Shown: positions 34,595 to 42,982, numbered from the stretch's first letter. The stretch: DNA of 64,000 nt from Solirubrobacterales bacterium (GCA_044867815.1 JBIOVP010000064.1:549-64548); one strand, 5' to 3'. Notes: generated from the sequence alone by a model not told the origin. Made by a program: numbers and translations.

Positions 34595-35873
34595 GGCCGA
34601 GCCGCGACGGCGGCTGATCGAGGCGATGACCCGGGTTGTGGCGGCCGACGGCTACGCGGGCGCCAGCGTCGCCCGGGTCGCCGCCGTCGCCGGTGCCTCG
34701 CGGGCGACCTTCTACGAGCACTTCCGCTCCCGCGAGGCGTGCTTCGAGGCCGCCTACCGCAGCGGCGTCGAGGAGGTCCTGGCCCGCGCCCGCGGCGCCT
34801 CGGAGCCGGGCGATCCCGCGACCGTGATCGCCTCGCTCCTGCGCCAGGCGAGCGAGGAGCCCGAGCTTGCGCGCCTGCTTCTGGTCGAGGCGATGGCCGG
34901 CCCGAGCGCGATCCGCCGCGATCGCGAGCGCCGGCTGCTGGCGGCCGAACGGTCGCTGATCCGCCGCGGGGACTGCCTCCTGCAGCTGCCGCCGGGAACC
35001 CTCCACGGGGGCATCACCGCCGTGGCCTCATCCGCGGTGATCGGCGGGGACGAGCAGCAGCTGGCGGGCCTCCTGCCGCCGCTCACCGCCTGGGTGCGGA
35101 GCTACGCCCGGCCCGCCGGCGCGGAGACCTGGGACGAGGGAGCCTGGCGCGACCTGGGGAGACGGGTTCTCGGCGCCGGGCCGGGAGCCGGGGGAGAGGC
35201 ACCCGCCGGCCCGCCTCCGCGCCTCCCCCGGGGTCGCAGCGCCGCCCCGGCCTCCTACTCGGCCCAGCACCGCCGCCGCCGGATCCTCGACGCCACGATG
35301 GAGGTCGTGGCGGCGAAGGGGTACGCGGCGGCCAGCGTCGGCGAGATCGTCGCCAGGGCGCGGGTCGCGCGCGGCGCCTTCTACTCGCACTTTCGCTGCA
35401 AGCGGGACGCCTTCCTGGCGGCGGTGACGAGGAGCCTGCAGGAGAGCGTGGCCGCCGCCGCGCAGGGGTTCTTCCCCGACCGCGTCTGGCCCGATCGCGT
35501 CTGGAACGGCCTGCGGGGCCTGCTGGACTACCTGGGGCGGAACCCGGATGCCGCCCACGTCGGCATCGTCGGGTTCTACGCGGCCGGCGAGCCGGCTCTC
35601 CGCCAGAGCCTGCACAACCGCCAGGCATTCACGCTGTTCCTCGCCGACGGCTACCGCCAGAGCGAGCGGGCCGAGATCCTGCCGAGCCTCTTCTCGGAGG
35701 CGATCGCCGGCGCCGTCGAAGGGTTGATCAGGGGGCGGATCCTCGAAGGGGCGGGCGACCGGGTGCTGGAGCTGCTGCCCCAGTGCGCCTATGTGGCGCT
35801 TGCCCCGTTCATCGGCAGCGAGGAGGCCCTGGAGCTCGTCACCGCAAAGTCCCATGGCCGAACAGTGGAGTGA
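34548..35873 (+). CDS. Fused tandem (double) TetR-like regulator
   Basis: Two complete family units in one 441-aa chain (RRRLIEAMTRVVAADGYAGASVARVAAVAGASRATFYEHF.. and RRRILDATMEVVAAKGYAAASVGEIVARARVARGAFYSHF..). The GTG start lies 47 nt inside the end of B1. Confidence 0.75.
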   Translation: MTSGRSCGSPAASGSRAEPRRRLIEAMTRVVAADGYAGASVARVAAVAGASRATFYEHFRSREACFEAAYRSGVEEVLARARGASEPGDPATVIASLLRQASEEPELARLLLVEAMAGPSAIRRDRERRLLAAERSLIRRGDCLLQLPPGTLHGGITAVASSAVIGGDEQQLAGLLPPLTAWVRSYARPAGAETWDEGAWRDLGRRVLGAGPGAGGEAPAGPPPRLPRGRSAAPASYSAQHRRRRILDATMEVVAAKGYAAASVGEIVARARVARGAFYSHFRCKRDAFLAAVTRSLQESVAAAAQGFFPDRVWPDRVWNGLRGLLDYLGRNPDAAHVGIVGFYAAGEPALRQSLHNRQAFTLFLADGYRQSERAEILPSLFSEAIAGAVEGLIRGRILEGAGDRVLELLPQCAYVALAPFIGSEEALELVTAKSHGRTVE

Positions 35874-36039
35874 CGAGACGGACAGTGGTGGTTTCGCAGA
35901 GCCGGACCGGGGTCGAGGTTTTCGTTTTTCACCCGCACCATAGGCGGCTCGGCAGCATGACCTCGTTTGCACCCCACGCTTTCGTATCCATTGCCCCCGG
36001 CAGGTGGCGCTGGGAGGTTGCGCGCGACTGGTAATGGCA

Positions 36040-36062
36040 CCGCACCCGTCGGGTGCGGTTTG
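36040..36062 (+). terminator. Intrinsic-terminator-like hairpin
   Basis: CCGCACCC-GTC-GGGTGCGG followed by TTTG, downstream of the double TetR gene and upstream of the 36079 gene. Confidence 0.5.
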
Positions 36063-36078
36063 CCACCCCAAGGAAAGG

Positions 36079-36684
36079 ATGGAAATGAAGAATCTCGGAA
36101 AGGCCTCGGCACTTGCCGTCGCCTCCTGCCTGCTGCTGCTGGTTGCCGCGTCGTCGGCGATGGCATCTGAGGTCCCCGCGAAATTCTCCAGCAACACCGC
36201 GATCAAAGTCACGGGCACCGGCCTCACCGTGAAGAAAAACGGTGGGGAAGCGAAGACCTGTGAACTCACCAGCGCCACCGGCTCGGTCGCGAACTCGACC
36301 GACGGGACCAATCAGGGGGTTCTCACCGCGCAGAACGAAGAACCCTTCTACCGGACCAAACTCTCCTGCACCGGCGGCACCTCGCTGCAGTTGATCCTGG
36401 CCCTCGGTAGCGCCAAGTACGAGACGACGACGGGGGCGTATTCCCTGCGCTTCTCTCCGTTTGCCGGGAACTCCGTCTCGAGCCCCTACGGGACCTACTA
36501 CTGGGCCTTCGGTGCAGCCAATGTGCAGGTCGGATGGACCAACGGCTCCGGCGCGACCGCCTCGACGCTGAATTTCAGCGAAACGAACATCGGCACCCAC
36601 ATCGACGAAAAATCCAAAATTACCCTGACGGGCTCGCTCAAAGTGACTACCAGCGTTGGCGGTTTGGTGACGCTCAGTCACTAG
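36079..36684 (+). CDS. S: small secreted Thr/Ser/Gly/Asn-rich protein of unknown function
   Basis: AAGGAAAGGA RBS with ATG at 36079 or 36085. Signal peptide MKNLGKASALAVASCLLLLVAASSAMA|SE. About 175 mature aa with a beta-rich-looking composition and visibly lower GC. It has its own terminator. Confidence 0.7.
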   Translation: MEMKNLGKASALAVASCLLLLVAASSAMASEVPAKFSSNTAIKVTGTGLTVKKNGGEAKTCELTSATGSVANSTDGTNQGVLTAQNEEPFYRTKLSCTGGTSLQLILALGSAKYETTTGAYSLRFSPFAGNSVSSPYGTYYWAFGAANVQVGWTNGSGATASTLNFSETNIGTHIDEKSKITLTGSLKVTTSVGGLVTLSH

Positions 36685-36701
36685 ACAACTCCGACGCCGA
36701 T

Positions 36702-36738
36702 GGGGGACTCGGCTCTTGTGTCGAGTCCCCCGCCTTTT
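36702..36738 (+). terminator. Rho-independent terminator of the S gene
   Basis: Perfect 10-bp stem GGGGGACTCG/CGAGTCCCCC with a 10-nt loop, followed by GCCTTTT. Confidence 0.7.
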
Positions 36739-36768
36739 ACATATAGCTAGAAGAACCGCAGTACTTCC

Positions 36769-36796
36769 TTGACAGAACCGTGTAGTTAGATAGCCT
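36769..36796 (+). promoter_or_regulatory. Candidate promoter of cassette 3 (TTGACA-N16-TAGCCT)
   Basis: The extended motif TTCCTTGACAGAACC resembles those upstream of A1, A2 and the GH-like gene. The predicted 5' UTR to the GTG at 36809 is very short. Confidence 0.4.
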
Positions 36797-36808
36797 TCAC
36801 GGGACAGG

Positions 36809-37042
36809 GTGACTCCCAGGGTGAGGAAATTGTCAGGGTGGCTGGCCGTGTTATGCGGCTCGGCGGCGATACTCGCCGCGGTGACGAACGGCGCCGACTG
36901 CGATGGCGACGAATGTCAGGTTCCGCCGGCGCCGCCGGCGGAGGTGATCCCCGCCACCTCGGTGGTCAACGGCCCTCCGAACCCGCCGGTCCACTTCCCC
37001 AAGCGTCACAAGGCGAAGGGCAAGAACGGCAAGCGGAAATGA
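36809..37042 (+). CDS. T3: 77-aa 'tail-only' secreted protein (signal peptide, CxxxxC, Pro-rich linker, Lys/His-rich tail) resembling the C-terminus of A1/A2
   Basis: Sequence is MTPRVRKLSGWLAVLCGSAAILAAV..NGADCDGDECQVPPAPP...FPKRHKAKGKNGKRK. ATGA overlap with the B3 start, the same junction as A1-B1 and A2-B2. Confidence 0.6.
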   Translation: MTPRVRKLSGWLAVLCGSAAILAAVTNGADCDGDECQVPPAPPAEVIPATSVVNGPPNPPVHFPKRHKAKGKNGKRK

Positions 37043-39789
37043 TCCGGGTCGCCCTGGCCGCACTGGTCGCGGTGGCGTTGACGGCCGCCCCCTCGGCGAG
37101 CGCGTTGGAGCTGAGCGGGTTCGAGGTCACAGCGGAGAAGTTGAGCGGGGCGGCGGAGACGCAGGCCGGTGCCCATCCCTACACCCTCCGGGTCGGCCTC
37201 GAGGCGGACGAAGGGCTGGGGATGCTCCGCCTCTCGCTTCCCCCCGGCTTCCTCGTCAACCCCACCGCGGTCGCCGAATGCAAGGCGACGGCCTTCGCCA
37301 CCCCGCGCAGCTCCCCCTTCGAAGCGAGCGCCTCCGGCGAGAGCTGCCCCAACTCCACCCAGGTCGGGATCGCGACGGTCGAGACGACCGCGGGGACCCG
37401 CACCTTCGGCGTCTTCAACCTCGTGCCCCCCTTCGGCTCCCCCTTCGCCTTCGGGCTCTCGCCCTTTGGCACCCCGCTGGTCCTCGCCGGGCGCCTGCGC
37501 GAAGCCGACTCCGGCCTCGACCTGCAGCTGAGCGGTGTGCCGCAGGCGCTCGGTTTGCGCTCACTGCAGCTGACGATCTGGGGGACGCCGTGGTGGGGCG
37601 ACGACTCCACCCACCCGGCGGAGTCCCACGACTCCCAGCGCGGCAACTGCCTGAACGAGCAGACCGGCGGCTCCCACGGCAGCTGCCCCGTCTTCGGCTC
37701 CGCGGGGGCGTCGGACGGGCTGATCGAGAGCGACCTGACCCTGCCGACCACCCCCTGCGGCACCCCGCCCGGGTTCGCCCTCGCCGCCACGGCGTCCACC
37801 GGCGCGACCGACACCGCCACGGCGGCGATCGCCGCGCTGGTCAAATGCAACAAAGCCCTGACCACCCCGAAGGTGCAGCTGATGACCGATGCGGCGGCGG
37901 CGCGGACCGGCCTCGCCTTCAACCTCGAGGTCAACGACGGCGGCGGCATCCTCAACCCCGGCGGCATCGCCCGGCCGGCGGTCAAGCAGGCGATCCTCTC
38001 GCTGCCGGAGGGTTTGACGATCAACCCCTCGCTCGGCGCCGGCCTCGGGGCCTGCTCGGAAGCTGACTTCGCCCGCGAGACGGCCGCCTCCGAGCCGGGC
38101 GCCGGCTGCCCCAACGGCTCGAAGATCGGCAGCGTCGTCCTCGACGGGGCGCTCGGCCTCGACGAACCGCTGCAGGGGGCGGTCTACCTCGCGCGGCCCC
38201 ACGCCAACCCCTTCGGCACGCTGCTCGCGGTCTACATGGTCGCCCGCTCGCCGCGCCGCGGCCTCGTCGTCAGGTCGCAGGGGAAGATCGAGCCGGACCA
38301 GCGCAGCGGCAGGCTCGTCGCCACCTTCGACCAACTGCCCCGCCTCCTCTACACCCATTTCGGCCTCACCCTGCGCGAAGGCCAGCGCTCGGCGTTGCTC
38401 AGCCCGCCCTCCTGCGGCACCTATCCCGCCGACCTCGAAATCGCCTCCTGGGCCGAGCCGGCGGTGTTCGCCCACACCTCCTCCTACTTCCTGATCAACC
38501 GCGGCGACGGCGGCCCCTGTCCGCCCGGCGGGGCGCTGCCCTTCGCGCCCCACGTCCTCGCCGGCTCGGTGGGAGCGAACGCCGGCGCCTACAGCCCCTT
38601 CTACCTGCGGATCGACCGCGGCGACGGCGAAGCGGCGATCGCCTCCTACTCGGCCACCTTTCCCCCCGGCCTGCTCGGCAGGATCGCCGGGGTCGACAAC
38701 TGCCCGGAGGAGGTGATCGCGGCCGCGGCCCGGCGCAGCGGCGCCGAGGAGCAGGCGAGCCCCGGCTGCCCCGCGTCCAGCTCGATCGGCCACACCATGG
38801 CGGGCTACGGCGTGGGGGGGACGCTGGCCTGGGCGCCGGGCGGCCTCTACCTCGCCGGCCCCTACCGCGGCGCCCCGCTCTCGATCGTCGCGATCGACGC
38901 GGCGACGATCGGCCCCTTCGACCTCGGCACCGTCGTCGTCCGCCAGGCGGTCCGGATCGACCGCCGCAGCGCCCAGGTCTCGCTCGACGCCGCCGGGTCC
39001 GACCCGATCCCCCACATCCTCGCCGGGATCCCGCTGCACCTGCGGGACATCCGCGTCTACGTCGACCGGCCGGGCTTCATGCTCAACCCGACCAGCTGCG
39101 ACCCGATGCGGATCTCCTCGCGCCTCGGCGGCGCCGGCGCCAACCCCTTCGACCCCGCCGACGACACCGTCGTCGAGGCCGGCCAGCGCTTCCAGGTGCT
39201 CGGCTGCACCGCGCTCGGCTTCCGCCCCGGGCTCTCGCTGCGCCTGCGCGGCTCGCTCCGCCACGGCGGCTACCCCTCCCTGCGCGCCACCTACAGGCCC
39301 CGCCGCGGCGCCAACCTCGGCGCCGTCTCGGTGACCCTGCCGCGCTCCGCCTTCCTCGCCCAGGAGCACATCGACGGCGTCTGCACCCGCGCCCAGTTCG
39401 CCGCCTCCGCCTGCCCCGCCGCCTCCGTCTACGGGCGCGCCCGGGCGGTGACGCCGCTGCTCGACGAGCCGCTGCAGGGCCCGGTCTACCTGCGCTCCTC
39501 CCGCACCGCCGTCCCCGACCTCGTCGCCGACCTGCGCGGGCGGGGGATCGAGATCGAAGTGCCGGCCCGGATCGACTCCTCCCGGGGCGGCATCCGCGCC
39601 AACTTCGAAGCCCTCCCCGACGCGCCCGTGACCAGCTTCGCGATGACCCTCTTCGGCGGCAGGCGCGGCCTCGTCGCCAACGCCGAATCGCCCTGCCGGG
39701 GGATCCACCGCGCCAACGCCCGCCTCGTCGCCCAGAGCAACCTGACGGCGATCCTGCGGCCGCGCCTGCGCGCGAGGTGCCGGCGATGA
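37039..39789 (+). CDS. B3: 916-aa secreted B-family protein (no DUF11-like N-domain)
   Basis: Signal peptide MIRVALAALVAVALTAAPSASA|LE. Contains TQAGAHP, NPFGTLLAVYMV, AGPYRGAPLSIVA..GPFDLGTVVVR and NPTSCDP, with a basic Cys-containing end (..RLRARCRR). Confidence 0.9.
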   Translation: MIRVALAALVAVALTAAPSASALELSGFEVTAEKLSGAAETQAGAHPYTLRVGLEADEGLGMLRLSLPPGFLVNPTAVAECKATAFATPRSSPFEASASGESCPNSTQVGIATVETTAGTRTFGVFNLVPPFGSPFAFGLSPFGTPLVLAGRLREADSGLDLQLSGVPQALGLRSLQLTIWGTPWWGDDSTHPAESHDSQRGNCLNEQTGGSHGSCPVFGSAGASDGLIESDLTLPTTPCGTPPGFALAATASTGATDTATAAIAALVKCNKALTTPKVQLMTDAAAARTGLAFNLEVNDGGGILNPGGIARPAVKQAILSLPEGLTINPSLGAGLGACSEADFARETAASEPGAGCPNGSKIGSVVLDGALGLDEPLQGAVYLARPHANPFGTLLAVYMVARSPRRGLVVRSQGKIEPDQRSGRLVATFDQLPRLLYTHFGLTLREGQRSALLSPPSCGTYPADLEIASWAEPAVFAHTSSYFLINRGDGGPCPPGGALPFAPHVLAGSVGANAGAYSPFYLRIDRGDGEAAIASYSATFPPGLLGRIAGVDNCPEEVIAAAARRSGAEEQASPGCPASSSIGHTMAGYGVGGTLAWAPGGLYLAGPYRGAPLSIVAIDAATIGPFDLGTVVVRQAVRIDRRSAQVSLDAAGSDPIPHILAGIPLHLRDIRVYVDRPGFMLNPTSCDPMRISSRLGGAGANPFDPADDTVVEAGQRFQVLGCTALGFRPGLSLRLRGSLRHGGYPSLRATYRPRRGANLGAVSVTLPRSAFLAQEHIDGVCTRAQFAASACPAASVYGRARAVTPLLDEPLQGPVYLRSSRTAVPDLVADLRGRGIEIEVPARIDSSRGGIRANFEALPDAPVTSFAMTLFGGRRGLVANAESPCRGIHRANARLVAQSNLTAILRPRLRARCRR

Positions 39790-40547
39790 AACGGGTGGCG
39801 CTCGCCCTCGTCGTGGTCCTCGCCGTCGCCGTCCCGGCCGGGGCCGACGAGGTCGTGCAGCGGGGCAACCTCCGCGTCGCCTTCGACGGCGGCCTGGCGC
39901 CGCGGAAGCTGCCGCGGCGCGGGCCGGCCCCGGTGACGGTCGAGCTCGGCGGGCGGATCTTCACCACCGACGGCAGCGACCCGCCGGGCCTGAGCGAGCT
40001 CGAGCTCGCGATCAACCGCGGCGGCCGCATCGACCCGGGGGCGCGGCCGACCTGCCGCCTCGACCGGATTCAGCCCGCCTCGACCACCTACGCGCGCCGG
40101 GTCTGCGCCGCCGCCCGGGTGGGGGAGGGGACCTTCAGCGCCGCGGTCGCGATCCCCGAGCAGGCGCCCTACCCATCGCGCGGCACGGTGACCGCCTTCA
40201 ACGGCGTCGAGGCGGGCCGGCCGGTGGTCCTCCTCCACGTCTACGGGACCGAACCGCTGCCGACCTCCTTCACCCTGTCGCTCTCGATCCGCCGCAGCGG
40301 CGGCCAGTTCGGCACCGTCCTGCGCGGCTCCCTGCCCACCGTCGACTCCCACGTCGGCTTCGTCACCGGGATCTCCCTGCGCCTCGACGGCGGCCACGGC
40401 CGTCGTCCCTACCTGAGCGCCAGCTGCCCGGCGCCCCGCGGCTCCACCCTCGCCGTCTTCCCCCTCGCCCGCGCCGGCTTCTCCTTCGCCGACGGCCGCG
40501 TCCTCCGCTCGACCCTGATCCGTTCCTGCACGGTGCGGAAGGGCTAG
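39786..40547 (+). CDS. C1: 253-aa secreted C-family protein
   Basis: ATGA overlap with the B3 stop. Signal peptide MKRVALALVVVLAVAVPAGA|DE. Contains CRLDRIQ..ARRVCAAARVGEG..IPEQAPYPS..LLHVYG. Paralogs are at 58213..58974 and 61134..61907. Confidence 0.85.
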   Translation: MKRVALALVVVLAVAVPAGADEVVQRGNLRVAFDGGLAPRKLPRRGPAPVTVELGGRIFTTDGSDPPGLSELELAINRGGRIDPGARPTCRLDRIQPASTTYARRVCAAARVGEGTFSAAVAIPEQAPYPSRGTVTAFNGVEAGRPVVLLHVYGTEPLPTSFTLSLSIRRSGGQFGTVLRGSLPTVDSHVGFVTGISLRLDGGHGRRPYLSASCPAPRGSTLAVFPLARAGFSFADGRVLRSTLIRSCTVRKG

Positions 40548-40594
40548 CTGCGCCCCTTAGCTTCGCTTTATAGACGTGCGGCAGACTGTGCAGT

Positions 40595-41431
40595 ATGGTG
40601 TGCAACGTGCGTGACTTGATCGATGACGTAGTCGTCGACCGCCCGCGGCTCTGCAACACGCCTCTGAAGGCGGTGATCTGCCAGGTCCGGTTCCCGCGCC
40701 AGCTCGATCTGACCGCGGCCGAGCTGCGGCCGGTCCAGCGCGGCCTCGCCGACCGGTACCCCGTCCTCGAGGAGGAGGTCGCCGCCGAGCTGACGATCGA
40801 GGCGGGGGCCTCCCCGCAGGCGTTCTTCTCGCCGGCTCGCGAGCAGACGATCTATCGCTTCCGCGACGTGTCCCAGGAGTGGACCGCGACGGTCGGGTCG
40901 GAGGGGATATCGCTGGAGACCACCGCCTACCTCGGCATGCGGGACCTTCTCGTCCGCTGGGCCGAGTTCGTTTCCCTGGCTCAGGACGCGCTCTCGCTGC
41001 GGGCGCAGAGCCGGCTCGGGCTGCGCTACGTCAACGAGGTGCCGTGCCCGGGGCTGACCCGGCGGCACCTCGACGGGTGGGTGCGCGAGGAGCTGATCGC
41101 CCTGATCGGGGCCCACCCGACGCGGACGAACGACCTCGTCCGCCTCGTCTCGCAGGCCCAGTTCCGCCAGCCCGGCGGGGCGATCTGCAATTTCAGACAC
41201 GGGCTCGCGGTCGACCCGCAGGACGCGGCGCGCACGCTCTTCCTCCTCGACCTCGACTACTTCGAGGACGAAATCGGCGAGTTCGACGTCGAACGGCAGA
41301 TCCGGGCGCTGGCCTCCTTCAACGAGGGGGCGCGCGAGCTGTTCGAGTGGACGTTCCCGGATCCGACGCGGGAGGCATTCGGCCCGGAGGAGCCGATCGA
41401 CCCGGCGGCGAAGGAGGGAGTAGATGACTAG
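40595..41431 (+). CDS. TIGR04255-like uncharacterised protein
   Basis: 278 aa. The N-terminal NTPLKAVICQVRFP pattern and the length resemble my memory of the TIGR04255 family. Needs HMM confirmation. Confidence 0.55.
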   Translation: MVCNVRDLIDDVVVDRPRLCNTPLKAVICQVRFPRQLDLTAAELRPVQRGLADRYPVLEEEVAAELTIEAGASPQAFFSPAREQTIYRFRDVSQEWTATVGSEGISLETTAYLGMRDLLVRWAEFVSLAQDALSLRAQSRLGLRYVNEVPCPGLTRRHLDGWVREELIALIGAHPTRTNDLVRLVSQAQFRQPGGAICNFRHGLAVDPQDAARTLFLLDLDYFEDEIGEFDVERQIRALASFNEGARELFEWTFPDPTREAFGPEEPIDPAAKEGVDD

Positions 41432-42182
41432 GTCCGAGCTGAAGTACACCGTTGCCGAGCACTGCGCGGACATGGTGCGGTTCGTTTCCGGCGCCACCGG
41501 CATGATCAGCTCGGTCGACCTGCGATGCCGATTCGACTGGGAGCAGACGAGCGACCCGGTGGTCAACCAGGTGGACGTCTACTCCTCGGCCTACGACGAG
41601 GTGATCGGAGTGGTGATCGTGCCGGCCAATCTGCCGCTGCTGCCGGCTCACCTCTCCTGCCACCCGCTGGTGGAGGTCGCCCCGCTGTTGCAGAACGCTC
41701 CGCAGCCGGCTGGGCCACCCGGGCCCGCCCAGCTCGCCAACCGCCTGCGCGACCTCGTGGACCTGCCGGTCACCGACCTCGCGGCGATGATCGGGATCGG
41801 CCGTCGGCAGTTCTACAACCTGCTCGAGCAGGGCTCGACCCGTCCGGAGACCGAGTTGCGACTGCGCCACCTGGCCGATCAGGTCGAGCGCCTCGCCGGG
41901 GTCGTCGGCGAGGACCCGGTGGCGATCCGCTCCGCCCTGCTGACGCCGGTCGGCGATCCCGCCCGGTCGCTGTTCGAGGTCGCGGTCGGCGACGAGCACT
42001 CGAAGCTGGGCGAGACCTTCCGGGCCCTGCTCGACCGGATCGAGCGCCGCGGCCTCCGCCATGTGCCGCGTGCGGTCCCCCGCCGCCGCGGCGGCGACCC
42101 CGAGGCCGCCCGGCGCGCGCGCGAGGCACTGGACGACCTGCCCTCGATCGACCTCGGGTCGGAGGGCGAAGTTGAGCGCTGA
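41424..42182 (+). CDS. HTH (XRE-like) protein with a possible Xre/MbcA/ParS-type antitoxin-like C-terminal region
   Basis: 8-nt overlap with the upstream gene. Central LPVTDLAAMIGIGRRQFYNLLEQG, followed by ..AIRSALLTPVGDPARSLFEVAVGDE. The ~100-aa N-terminal part is unknown. Confidence 0.5.
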   Translation: MTRSELKYTVAEHCADMVRFVSGATGMISSVDLRCRFDWEQTSDPVVNQVDVYSSAYDEVIGVVIVPANLPLLPAHLSCHPLVEVAPLLQNAPQPAGPPGPAQLANRLRDLVDLPVTDLAAMIGIGRRQFYNLLEQGSTRPETELRLRHLADQVERLAGVVGEDPVAIRSALLTPVGDPARSLFEVAVGDEHSKLGETFRALLDRIERRGLRHVPRAVPRRRGGDPEAARRAREALDDLPSIDLGSEGEVER

Positions 42183-42936
42183 GGCGGCGGTCGAGATGCC
42201 CGCCTGCCTCAGGGACCTGCTCGAGCTGAGCGAGGGGGAGGAGGCCGAGCTGCTCGCCGACATCCTCACCAGCGGCTGGGACCAGGGCTGTTTCCTTCGC
42301 CTCGATGGGGACTCACCGCCTCCCGACCTCTCACCGCAGCGGATCGAGGTCCTGCTCGAAGGCGCCGCCGGCCGGCCCCGCCCGCATCCCGAGGGCGAGA
42401 TCGCCGACCCGTTCGAGGACAAACCGCTGGCCGAGGAGTTGCCCGATGACGAGACGTCCCCAAGCACTGGCTCCGCGACCGCAGGCCGAGCCAGCTGCTG
42501 CCTGTTGGAGCGTCCCGGCGCCGCTTCGCTCGGCGTCTCGGCGCCCGGCGGTCGCGGACCCCGATCCCCACCAGCCTCGCCGAGGGGGTCCAGCGTCCCC
42601 TGCGCGGATGGCTCTACAGGAACGCGACCCGGAACGCGCTCTGCGCTCACTTCAGCGACTTCCTGCTGCTGCCGGTCGGCGATGGCTCCTGGTCCCTGAT
42701 CGCTCTGCCGGGAGGGGGGCGCACCATGCGTGAAGTCGAAGACGCCGTCGACCAGCTCTTCGCCATGATCGCCGAGCGCGTCGCGCCATTCCCCCCTGAG
42801 CGAGGACCACTCCGATGTCGTTCCCCTGGAGCAGCTGTCGGTCGCCGACTACGACCAGGCTTTCCACCTCGACCTGGCGCAGGTCACCTACGGATCGAAA
42901 TCGCGGGGCAGCGACCACGCCGAGCCGAGCCTGTAG
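42172..42936 (+). pseudogene. Third gene of the 40.6 kb operon, apparently disrupted by two compensating frameshifts
   Basis: TTG overlaps the upstream stop. High GC3 follows frame 1 to about 42447, then a shifted frame over 42449-42790 (..GWLYRNATRNALCAHFSDFLLLPVGDGSWSLIALPGGGRTMREVEDAVDQLFAMIAERV). It then returns to frame 1 as far as the TAG at 42934-42936 (PLSEDHSDVVPLEQLSVADYDQAFHLDLAQVTYGS..). Confidence 0.35.
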
Positions 42937-42982
42937 AACCCGGCTGATGGCTGCGCCTCGCGCAGCGAATGGGCGTTGGTCC

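Noticed and set aside
34739-36034. 431-aa alternative-frame ORF over the double TetR gene
   Set aside because: It is an Arg/Gly/Pro-rich off-frame product. The 34548 frame gives two complete TetR-like units.
37561-39708. Long antisense ORFs inside the A and B genes. The listed one is 715 aa; others are 28386-29588, 31955-33061, 33200-34507, 48578-49798 and 52819-54954.
   Set aside because: All are G/R/A/D-rich with no paralogy signal. The sense frames, by contrast, are mutually homologous across three copies and carry signal peptides.
42061-42699. The 212-aa ORF taken at face value as one intact CDS
   Set aside because: Its first 37 codons overlap the upstream gene. Its last ~80 codons are Ser/Pro/Arg/Cys-rich with poorer GC3 than the shifted frame. 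I treat it instead as part of a frame-disrupted gene.
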